A stretch of DNA of 32,000 nt from contig NZ_CP066018.1 of the NCBI RefSeq assembly GCF_016127575.1, forward strand, positions 3,600,001 through 3,632,000, in the 5' to 3' direction. A program made the translations under genes and the position numbers. The notes under the pieces were generated by a model. It saw only the letters and a program-made list of their open reading frames with translations. It did no database searches and was not told where the DNA came from. The stretch is from Cupriavidus necator. GTDB lineage: Bacteria; Pseudomonadota; Gammaproteobacteria; Burkholderiales; Burkholderiaceae. Below, one piece after another: positions 24,687 through 32,000 of the stretch (the stretch's first letter is position 1; each line of letters opens with the position of its first letter).

Positions 24687-26426
24687 CTAAGTTCGCTCCC
24701 GCTGCGCCGGCCGTACCGGAGACAAGAACTGATGTATCTGGGCGACCACGGCCGCACCTTCGCCGACCGCCGATGCGACTCTCTTTGTAGATCCCGAGCG
24801 AACGTCACCGATCGCAAAGACGCCATCTACACTAGTCTGTAGTGGCAGCAGCGATGCTTCCGAAACATCGGCGCCAGTCAACACGAAGCCGTTTCCATCG
24901 AGCACCACGCCGCATCTCCTGAGCCAGTCTGTATTCGGCAGTGCGCCGATGAACACAAACAGATGATGTGTGGTCATGCTTCCTTCTATGCCACCTGCGC
25001 CGCGATAGTGCACGCGCTCAAGCCGCACACCGCCCTCGAGCGCAGTCAGTTCGGTTCCCGTGTGGAGTGTCAAATTTTCAAGTGAGCCGATACGTTCGAT
25101 CAGGTAGCGCGACATGCTATCGGCAAGCCTCGATCCGCGAATGAACATGTGCACGTGCTCAGCATGCGATGCAAGAAACACCGCCGCCTGGCCCGCCGAG
25201 TTACCTCCACCGAGCAGCAACACCGGCTCGTTGCGGCATAGTCGAGCTTCGATCGGCGTGGCCCAATAGTAGACGCCACAGCGCTCGAAGCGCTCGAGTC
25301 CGTCGACAACAGGCCGGCGATACTCAGCGCCGCTGGCAATGACAACGGTCCGTGCGGAGATACGACGGTGGTCGGCAAGCTCGACGGCAAGCGGGTGGCG
25401 GTCGCAATACAAGGCCTTCACCTCGCACGGAATGCCAATATGGGCACCGAACTTCTGTGCTTGGATGAACGCGCGGCTCGCGAGATCCTGCCCTGTGATG
25501 CCAGTGGGGAACCCCAAATAGTTCTCAATGCGGGCACTCGTACCTGCCTGCCCCCCAGGTGCACGACAGTCGAATACCGCGGCGGACAAGCCATCGGATG
25601 ATGCGTAAACGGCTGCCGCAAGCCCCCCTGGGCCAGCACCGATAATCGCCACATCGTACACGTGAGCCGGATTGAAGTCCGGGATCAGTCCCAGGCAGGA
25701 TGCGAGCTGCCCCACGTCCGGGTTTCGCAAGACGGTGCCATCGGGACAAACAACCAGCGGAAAGTCATCGGGCTGCGGCGTCAGGCGCTGAAGCAAAGCG
25801 ATCGCTTCGGCGTCCTCCTCCGCGTCAAGTGTCAGATTCGGAAATGCGTTGCGACGCAGGAAATTTTGCAACTCAAGGAGCCTCGCGTTTCCGGGGGCAG
25901 CGACGAAGACGACTCCACGCCCGCGTTCAATGGCCAGGACACGCCTCAGGATCAGCGCGCGCATGATCTTGTCGCCAGGACCAGCCTCGTTGACAATCAT
26001 GGCGCTGAGCTCGTCTGGACGCAGTAGCACCGCTTCGACATCCTCAATCACATGTGCGTCAACGACTGCAGGTTTACTTGAGAGCTGCGTGATATCTGAC
26101 GTGAACTCACCGCGCATTGTATAGGTGTGAAGAATTCGCTGTTGCGACAGACCATCGCGAATCACTATCCGCACCTTCCCCGACAAAATGATGAACACAC
26201 CCGGGCATATGCTTCCAGCGCGATAAAGAAAATCGCCTTTGACGTAATGGCAGGGGTTCCCAAAGCGACACACTCTGGCGACCTCCTCATCCGTGAGGAC
26301 GGGAAACATTTGCTGGTAACGCGGATGCTCGCGTACGCTTGCGTCTTCTTCGATAGCGCTGCTTTCGCACGTACTTGCTGCCGGCCGGCTGACCCCCCTA
26401 GCTCCCAGAGCTGAGTCCTTGCTCAT
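24687..26426 (-). CDS. Cyclic-nucleotide-binding-domain protein fused to a thioredoxin-reductase-like FAD/NAD(P)H oxidoreductase (no CxxC)
   Basis: The start is at ATG 26426 (MSKDSALG) with AGGAGA 6 nt upstream. The CAP-effector-like domain runs VLTDEEVARVCRFGNPCHYVKGDFLYRAGSICPGVFIILSGKVRIV...RGEFTSDI. The FAD site is YDVAIIGAGPGGLAAAVYA and the NAD(P)H site is LLLGGGNSAGQAAVFLA, with C-terminal GVFAIGDVRSGSTKRVASAVGEG. GVYYWATPIEA occupies the position of the TrxR GVSACATCDG motif. Confidence 0.85.
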   Translation of the reverse strand: MSKDSALGARGVSRPAASTCESSAIEEDASVREHPRYQQMFPVLTDEEVARVCRFGNPCHYVKGDFLYRAGSICPGVFIILSGKVRIVIRDGLSQQRILHTYTMRGEFTSDITQLSSKPAVVDAHVIEDVEAVLLRPDELSAMIVNEAGPGDKIMRALILRRVLAIERGRGVVFVAAPGNARLLELQNFLRRNAFPNLTLDAEEDAEAIALLQRLTPQPDDFPLVVCPDGTVLRNPDVGQLASCLGLIPDFNPAHVYDVAIIGAGPGGLAAAVYASSDGLSAAVFDCRAPGGQAGTSARIENYLGFPTGITGQDLASRAFIQAQKFGAHIGIPCEVKALYCDRHPLAVELADHRRISARTVVIASGAEYRRPVVDGLERFERCGVYYWATPIEARLCRNEPVLLLGGGNSAGQAAVFLASHAEHVHMFIRGSRLADSMSRYLIERIGSLENLTLHTGTELTALEGGVRLERVHYRGAGGIEGSMTTHHLFVFIGALPNTDWLRRCGVVLDGNGFVLTGADVSEASLLPLQTSVDGVFAIGDVRSGSTKRVASAVGEGAAVVAQIHQFLSPVRPAQRERT

Positions 26427-26486
26427 GGCGATTCTCCTACCATAACTTCGCCGCGCCATCAAAGCATCAAAGCGTGAGGACGGCCT

Positions 26487-27533
26487 CTAGAACTTGTCGA
26501 CGTCGACCACCGCCTGAGCGAATTCTCGCGGTGCTTCCTGCGGCAAGTTATGGCCGATACCTCCCTTAACGTCCCGATGCGCGTATTTGCCGGTGAATTT
26601 GCTTGCATAGGAACTGGGTGCCGGATGTGGGGCGCCGTTGGCATCGCTTTCCATGGTGATTGTGCGCACGCCTATGGTGGGCGCCGACGCGAGCCGCTGC
26701 TCAAACTCATCGTACTTCGGCTCACCCTCGGCAAGGCCCTGCCGCCAGCGATAGTTGTGAACGGTAATGTCGAGGTGATCGGGATTCTTGAAAGCAGCGG
26801 CGCTGCGGTCGAAGGTGGCGTCGTCGAATCTCCATTTTGGCGAAGCTTGCCGCCAGATCAGTTTGGTAAAGTCGTGCGTGTATTTCTGATAGCCAGCGCG
26901 GCCGCGGTCCGTTGCCAAATAGAACTGGTACCACCACCGAAACTCCGCCTCAGGCGACAACGGCATTTTTCCGGCCGCCTGACTGCCAATCAGGTAGCCA
27001 CTGACGGAAACCAGGCCGTTGCAACGCTCCGGCCACAGTGCAGCGATGATGCAGGCCGTGCGTGCGCCCCAATCGAACGCCCCGAGGATGGGTTTTTGGA
27101 TGTTGAGCGCATCCATCAGTGCGATGATGTCCAGGGCGACGGCCGCCGGTTGTCCGTTGCGCATCGTGTCGCCAGACAAGAAGGTCGTCGAGCCATAGCC
27201 GCGTAGATACGGAACGATCACACGATACCCGCGCGACGCCAGCAGAGGCGCGACGTCGACGAAGCTATGGATATCGTAGGGCCAGCCATGCAACAGGAGG
27301 ACCGCCGGCCCGTCGGCAGGACCCGCCTCCGCGTAACCGACGTTGAGCAACCCGGCATTGATCTGCTTGATCGGCGCGAAGGCTGTATGGGTGCCGGGCC
27401 TGCTCGAAGGCAATGGGGCCGGCTTTGACTGCTGGGCTTGGGCGGAAGTCAACATCCCGAGCTGTGCAGCAGCGACTGTCAGGGCGGCCGTGCCAAGCAT
27501 GCCTCGGCGTGGCAAATCGATTCTCTCCGTCAT
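26487..27533 (-). CDS. Tat-exported alpha/beta-hydrolase of the epoxide hydrolase / haloalkane dehalogenase type
   Basis: The start is at ATG 27533 (MTERIDLPRRGMLGTAALTVAAAQLGMLTSAQA, twin-arginine signal) with GGGAGAG upstream. LLLHGWPYD is the HGxP oxyanion motif. GAFDWGARTA contains the Asp nucleophile. GGIGHNLPQEAP contains the catalytic His. Confidence 0.85.
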   Translation of the reverse strand: MTERIDLPRRGMLGTAALTVAAAQLGMLTSAQAQQSKPAPLPSSRPGTHTAFAPIKQINAGLLNVGYAEAGPADGPAVLLLHGWPYDIHSFVDVAPLLASRGYRVIVPYLRGYGSTTFLSGDTMRNGQPAAVALDIIALMDALNIQKPILGAFDWGARTACIIAALWPERCNGLVSVSGYLIGSQAAGKMPLSPEAEFRWWYQFYLATDRGRAGYQKYTHDFTKLIWRQASPKWRFDDATFDRSAAAFKNPDHLDITVHNYRWRQGLAEGEPKYDEFEQRLASAPTIGVRTITMESDANGAPHPAPSSYASKFTGKYAHRDVKGGIGHNLPQEAPREFAQAVVDVDKF

Positions 27534-27850
27534 CGTACTCTCCCGTCGCGCGAGCAAGCCTGAGCGGAATCGCTTATTAGGTCGGCGCTGAATTTCGTCG
27601 GAAGCGTGACCCAGTTGCCGGAACCGATACCGGAACCGGCACAACGACGTTTGTGGCCTGATTTATGAGACCAATATAGGTCATGCCAAAACGGGAACGG
27701 GGCAGTGCAATGAGGGTCTCTTGAGGAGATCCTGGCCGGTTGCCCCAAGGATCAAGCAGCGATACTCAGGGCGCCGCTCCGTTAAACAACGGCAAATCTT
27801 GGCGAGCGTTTGGCGCGAAATGCCGATCGACAGGCAGTGCTCCTGTGGAA

Positions 27851-28342
27851 TCAGGAACGCGCCGCTTGCCAACGTGCCAGCGCCGTGCGCAGCAGAGAAG
27901 CGGACGCTGCCAACAGCACGAGGTCCTTCAGCAGGAACTGACCGATCGGCGCGGAGATCGCCGGGAACCCACCAGCAGTCGGCTCTGCAACACCAGGGGT
28001 GGTGACAAAGAACGTCAGCGTGATGGCGTAAGTCGCGCATGACATGGCTGCACCGAGTACCGACACCCCACGATGGAATGCACCGACGGTCAGTGTCACC
28101 GCGGTGGACAGTTCCAGCACGCCAATGACAGCGCTGGCGCCACGAACACCGAATGCGTCGATGAGCCAGGCCATGAAGGGGCTATTCTCGATGAACGGCG
28201 CAATACCGTGGGCTTCGTAGCCGGTAAACTTCATCCCGCCGAACCAGAGAAAGACGACAACCAGGGACCAGCGCAGCAACGCCTCGTGGTTGTTGATGGC
28301 CTCGCTGGTGCGCGTTATAGCGAAGGATGTGATGGGTTGCAT
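27851..28342 (-). CDS. DUF417 family inner-membrane protein (YkgB/RclC-like)
   Basis: 163 aa with GAGGAG 5 nt before the ATG. LLRWSLVVVFLWFGGMKFTGYEAHGIAPFIENSPFMAWL and TLTFFVTTPGVAEP..GGFPAIS..GQFLLKDLVLLAAS parallel, block for block, the E. coli RclC sequence as I remember it. Confidence 0.85.
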   Translation of the reverse strand: MQPITSFAITRTSEAINNHEALLRWSLVVVFLWFGGMKFTGYEAHGIAPFIENSPFMAWLIDAFGVRGASAVIGVLELSTAVTLTVGAFHRGVSVLGAAMSCATYAITLTFFVTTPGVAEPTAGGFPAISAPIGQFLLKDLVLLAASASLLRTALARWQAARS

Positions 28343-28523
28343 ACTTACTCCTCAACGGATGTGTGGTGTGGTGGAGGAGCACGCCCCGGTGGCGCAGACT
28401 CCTTTCCTGTCATTGCGACGACGCGCATGCGCGCGTTCCGGCGCGGCCGGCTCCAGCTGTGCCAGAACCGGCGAATCGAATAAATCTTTGTTCCAGAGAC
28501 GTATCAGGCGCGTCCATTACCGT

Positions 28524-28551
28524 AATGAAATCGCCCCACGGACTTCGGGGC
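28524..28551 (-). terminator. Possible intrinsic terminator after the AhpD-like gene (GCCCC-N9-GGGGC, then GAUUUCAUU on the minus strand)
   Basis: The stem at 28533-28537 / 28547-28551 lies 34 nt downstream of the stop at 28585. It has a short 5-bp stem and a moderate U-tract. Confidence 0.3.
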
Positions 28552-28584
28552 TCCCGTCACGCGGTAAGGTGCGTTGGACGGCTT

Positions 28585-28890
28585 TCAGTCGCGGAACAAG
28601 TGCGTGGCATGCGTTACGGCACCGCCCGCCCGGATTGCGGCGGCCACGAGCGCGGCCTCCGCGAGTTGGGCATTGGTGGCGCCGGCATCGTGGGCGGCCT
28701 TGGTATGCAGGGCAATGCAATATGGGCACTGCGTCGTCAGCGCCACTGCCACCGCAATAATCTGTTTCTGCTGCACCGAAAGCGCGCCGTCTGCAAAAGC
28801 TGCCTGATCAAAGGCACGGAAGCTCTTCATCGCTTCAGGAGCGTTTTCGTCCAGCTTCCTCAAACGGGCAAGATCCTTCATATCGAACAT
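28585..28890 (-). CDS. Carboxymuconolactone decarboxylase / AhpD-core family protein (CPYC)
   Basis: Track ORF 28585..28947. I start it at ATG 28890 (MFDMKDLARL...) because GGAG lies 6 nt upstream. The AhpD-like core is QQKQIIAVAVALTTQCPYCIALHTKAA. Confidence 0.8.
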   Translation of the reverse strand: MFDMKDLARLRKLDENAPEAMKSFRAFDQAAFADGALSVQQKQIIAVAVALTTQCPYCIALHTKAAHDAGATNAQLAEAALVAAAIRAGGAVTHATHLFRD

Positions 28891-28976
28891 GGAAAACTCC
28901 ATCAAGGTTGGGTTGGAGTAGGTATGATAGGAATGGCAAGGTTCCACTTGGTCTTAGTTTGGTTTCAATTCGTCCA

Positions 28977-29936
28977 ATGATGGCATCCGCCCCTTCTGCA
29001 CATCGTGTGCTCGAGCATTTCCTTGCCACACTCGACATTGGTGTCACGCACATCACACGGTGCGACATTCGCGATGGGTGGAGCGTGCGCTTCGATGCGT
29101 GCGAAACGGCCAGCCTGCACTACTGCCTGGACGGCTGCGGAACGCTCGACGCAGGCAATGGCCACCGCATCGCGTTGCAGCCGCACAGTTTTGTCCTGAT
29201 GCCGCCAGGCGTTTCCTATCGGCTGGAAAGCGCGTTCGAGTCGCCGACTATGTCGGTGGATCGGGCAAGGCTTGGCTCATGGTCCGCGCGCGAAACGGCG
29301 CCGACGGTGAAGGTGGGCGAGGCGGCAGCGGGAGTTGAGATGGCGTGTGGGGAGCTGCGCTTTGCGACGAGTACCGCCGATCCCTTCAGGATGCTGCGGC
29401 ATCCAATCGTGACGCGGTTCGACGGGCCGGCTGGACTGAAAGACCAGTTCGTCATGCTGTTGGCGGAATCCGCGCAGCCCGGACTGGGATCGCGGGTGCT
29501 GATCGAGGCATTGCTGAAGCAATGCCTGGTCATGCTGCTGCGGCGTCAGATGGAGAGCGATGACGCGGAGCTGTCGTGGACGGCGGCCGTTGCCGATCCC
29601 AGGCTGCTTCTCGCGTTGGAAAAACTCTTTGAACATCCCGAAGTGCCACTTTCCGTGCAGCGATTGGCCGATCTGGCTGGAATGAGCCGTTCAGCGTTCG
29701 CTGCGCACTTCGAACGTGCGTTCGGCCAGACGCCGATGGCCATGCTGCGAGCGGTGCGGCTGCACAAGGCCGCGGAATTGCTGGCGACTACAACCTTGCA
29801 GATTTCCCAGGTGGCGCACGCCGTTGGTTTCTCCAGCCGCAGCAATTTCTCGCAGGCGTTCCACAAACAGCATGGTGTGGACCCAAGCGGATTTCGGCAG
29901 CGGACGACATCTCGTCAGCGTGTGGGTGGCAACTGA
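28977..29936 (+). CDS. AraC-family transcriptional regulator with an N-terminal cupin-like (Cupin_6/AraC_N) sensor domain, RclR-like architecture
   Basis: The start is at ATG 28977 (MMASAPSAHRVLEHFLATLDIGV...). The C-terminal double HTH is LADLAGMSRSAFAAHFERAFGQTPMAMLRAVRLHKAAELL...VAHAVGFSSRSNFSQAFHKQHGVDPSGFR. It is divergent from the AhpD-like gene across 86 bp. Confidence 0.85.
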   Translation: MMASAPSAHRVLEHFLATLDIGVTHITRCDIRDGWSVRFDACETASLHYCLDGCGTLDAGNGHRIALQPHSFVLMPPGVSYRLESAFESPTMSVDRARLGSWSARETAPTVKVGEAAAGVEMACGELRFATSTADPFRMLRHPIVTRFDGPAGLKDQFVMLLAESAQPGLGSRVLIEALLKQCLVMLLRRQMESDDAELSWTAAVADPRLLLALEKLFEHPEVPLSVQRLADLAGMSRSAFAAHFERAFGQTPMAMLRAVRLHKAAELLATTTLQISQVAHAVGFSSRSNFSQAFHKQHGVDPSGFRQRTTSRQRVGGN

Positions 29937-30079
29937 TTCCGAATGCGGATTCAACTGATCGCGGCGTGCCGCGCAAGTACCGTCGCAGGCTGTGCCAGGG
30001 ACTACTCTGTACTTACGCATGAACCGACACTGCCTCGTGCGTCGACTAAACCCTTCTCAAAAATGGAAGGAAAAAAATC

Positions 30080-30541
30080 ATGCGCTTCCCCCTGAGACAT
30101 GTGTCAGTCGCCTCGGCCGTCATGGCACTCTGTATGACGGCTTTGGCACAAAGCGCACCGGATCCCATCCGCCCTCCGGCAATCCTTCCACTCGAATCGG
30201 AACAGGCACCAAAGCTGGTCTCGTATCCGCCGCTGGCCGAACCGTTGGCCCGCGGTGTCGTCATCGTGCAGTTCCGGACCCAACACTTCCGTGTCATGCC
30301 TGTGTTCGGCAAGACCGCCGTCCAGATATCGCCGCGCATTGGGCATCTTCATGTAACTGTCGACGACTCGCACATTACCTGGGCACACACCAGCGAGGAT
30401 CCCGTCATCGTAGTGGGGCTGCCGCCGGGCGCACACAAGCTTCGGCTCGAACTGGCCGATCCCAGTCACAAGATCCTGGCCACGGAGAGCGTCGCCTTTA
30501 CCTTGCCTGATCCGAAGGCGCCGGCGGCGCACAAGCATTGA
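30080..30541 (+). CDS. Secreted hypothetical protein (DUF6130-like, HLHVTVD motif)
   Basis: 153 aa. GGAAGGA lies upstream of the ATG. The signal peptide is MRFPLRHVSVASAVMALCMTALAQS. The conserved-looking core is VSPRIGHLHVTVDD...GLPPGAHKLRLELADPSHK. The family name is from memory. Confidence 0.65.
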   Translation: MRFPLRHVSVASAVMALCMTALAQSAPDPIRPPAILPLESEQAPKLVSYPPLAEPLARGVVIVQFRTQHFRVMPVFGKTAVQISPRIGHLHVTVDDSHITWAHTSEDPVIVVGLPPGAHKLRLELADPSHKILATESVAFTLPDPKAPAAHKH

Positions 30542-30731
30542 TCGCTTGAAGTTCCGGCGGGCTTTTCGTGGTTTTGATGCGTCGCTGCATGTCCGCCGGT
30601 TCAGTGGATAAGGCGATCGATCTGTTCTTGCCGGCCAGCAGCATGACGGGAGCAATAAGCACGAAGCCGATGCCCCAGGAGCGCAGCCACAGGACGACAA
30701 ACTCTTCATTGAACCCGAGATTGAGAGGCAA
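30498..30731 (-). pseudogene. Possible DUF2798 fragment (second helix only)
   Basis: LNLGFNEEFVVLWLRSWGIGFVLIAPVMLLAG resembles the W..W..s..iaf-P helix of DUF2798 proteins. No ATG or GTG start is available (TTG only). It overlaps the 3' end of the 30080 gene by 44 nt. Confidence 0.3.
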
Positions 30732-30771
30732 TTGAGACAGTTCGGTTGCGCCTCGGAAAATGCTGGGAGAC

Positions 30772-32000
30772 TTAAATCGGGTACTGTGGCGCTCCGCCCT
30801 GAATGGTCATCCATTGCCACTGGGAAATTCCTCCCAGTTGGCCGCTCCGCCAATGCTGGTGCCATTGCCAGACGCGCCGACGCCGCCGACCGGGTTGATG
30901 ACCTCGTCGTTGACGGTCTGGTCGTTGATATGCAGCATGCCGGTACGCAGGCGTTCCCCAATGCGCAATGCCCGACCGACATTGCTGGAAACAATGCCCA
31001 TCGACAGCCCGTACTCGGTACGGTTGGCCAGCGCAATCGCTTCTTCATCCGTGTCGACGGCACCACCACGGCCACCGGCCCGAATATCTCTTCGCTGAAG
31101 GCCGGGCTATCCGGTGTCACGTCGCAACGATCCTGGCAACATTGTCGCGCTGGCCTTCATTGATCAACGGCCCGAGCGCGACGTCACCTTCAACGGGATC
31201 CCCGACCGTCAGGCTCGCGGCCTTGGCGGCCAGCTTCTCGACGAACCGGTCGTGAATGGCACGCTGTACCAGCACACGGTCGGTGGCCATGCAGATCTGG
31301 CCCTGGTGCAGGAAGCTACCCCAGGCGGTGTTTGCAACCGCGAGATCGAGATCGGCATCATCGAGGATAATCAGCGAATTCTTGCCGCCCAGCTCCAGCG
31401 AAACCTTCTTCAGGTGCCGGCCCGCGGCCTCCCCGACCTTGCGGCCAGCAGCCGTGGAGCCAGTGAACTGAATCATCGCCACATTTGGATCGGCCGTCAG
31501 CGCAGCACCGGCGGCACCATCGCCCGGCAGCACGTGCAGCGCGCAAGCCGGCAGGCCGGCGAGTTCAAACAGCCGCGCGACCACGAAGCCACCGCATACC
31601 GCCGTGCGGTGATCGGGCTTGAGCACCACCGCGTTGCCCAGCGCCAGCGCCAGCGCAGCGGCCCGCATCGCCAGGTAGAGCGGGAAATTGAACGGCGAGA
31701 TCACGCCGACTACGCCAAGCGGGCGCCGGCGTGCCAGCGACAGCCGCCCGGGCACGGAAGGCAATACCTCCCCGGCGGAGCGCGATGGCAGCCCTGCGGC
31801 TTCCTGCAGGACCTTGATGGTGATCGTGGTCTCGAACGCCGCCTTCGCTCGCGTGGAGCCGCCTTCGCGCACGATCCAGCCGACGATCTCATCGAAATGC
31901 GTCTCGGCAACTCGCACAGCCCTGCGCAGCACACCTGCTCGTTCTTCATAGTGCAGGTTGGCCCAGCCCGGCAATGCCTTCGCCGCGGCCTCGGCCGAAC
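30772..32000 (-). pseudogene. Aldehyde dehydrogenase, disrupted (at least 3 frameshifts plus an internal deletion); the N-terminus lies beyond the window end
   Basis: The 31974 frame gives ...FNFPLYLAMRAAALALALGNAVVLKP...ELGGKN...GQICMATDRVLV...GPLINEGQRDNVARIVAT*. The next frame gives DVTPDSPAFSEEIFGPVAVVVP. The next gives DTDEEAIALANRTEYGLSMGIVSSNVGRALRIGERLRTGMLHINDQTV...GGAANWEEF. The last gives QWQWMTIQGGAPQYPI*. The segment normally found between ...ARIV and ...DVTPD is absent. Confidence 0.75.

Noticed and set aside
27600-27640. Direct repeat CCGGAACCG-ATA-CCGGAACCGG and the nearby GACC-AATATA-GGTC in the gap between DUF417 and the hydrolase
   Set aside because: These are short (9-bp repeat, 4-bp arms), occur once, and have no supporting context. 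They are noted only as possible promoter-region elements.
1-32000. CRISPR arrays, tRNA, rRNA, integron attC sites, toxin-antitoxin pairs and known defence-system genes
   Set aside because: I scanned by eye for regularly spaced repeats, the GGTTCGAATCC-type T-arm and small paired ORFs and found nothing convincing. The closest T-arm-like strings (about 1585 and 10384) lack acceptor and anticodon stems.

Overview
High-GC betaproteobacterial sequence. The two Bug/TctC-type receptors, several LysR regulators and roughly 70% G+C in the core suggest a Cupriavidus/Ralstonia-like Burkholderiales replicon; this is inference. All family calls come from motif recognition in the supplied translations, with no database search.

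The window has three parts.

(1) 1-3.9 kb is lower in GC and carries detox genes: a YfcG-like GST, an AhpD/CMD-like protein and a nitroreductase.

(2) About 3.8-24.1 kb is a high-GC core.
- It contains intact metabolic modules: an exported cupin plus a Tat-exported epoxide hydrolase, ohr, an OYE-type ene-reductase, LysR-Bug-maleylacetate reductase, an FAD monooxygenase, a DsbA-like protein, and LysR-Bug-MlrC::RidA.
- These are interleaved with mobile-element scars: an IS4-like scrap, an IS66 remnant carrying a nested ISL3, a dead IS5-family element and an IS110 fragment.
- Several decayed host genes lie among them: CoA-transferase, acyl-CoA dehydrogenase, two frameshifted LysR genes and an MFS remnant.

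(3) About 24.1-30.8 kb is a visibly lower-GC island. It is bounded by a retroelement reverse-transcriptase remnant on the left and a DUF2798 scrap plus a dead aldehyde dehydrogenase on the right.
- It encodes an AraC/cupin regulator divergent from an AhpD-like CxxC protein and a DUF417 (RclC-like) membrane protein.
- Further along the same strand are a Tat-exported epoxide-hydrolase-fold enzyme and a cyclic-nucleotide-binding::thioredoxin-reductase-like flavoprotein that lacks the CxxC redox centre.
- A secreted DUF6130-like protein is also present.

I regard this island as the best candidate for an uncharacterised system: an expanded Rcl-like oxidant/electrophile response. The second most interesting item is the single-ORF MlrC (M81 peptidase)::RidA fusion.

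No rRNA, tRNA or CRISPR array was seen. Many long ORFs in the track are antisense artefacts of high GC.
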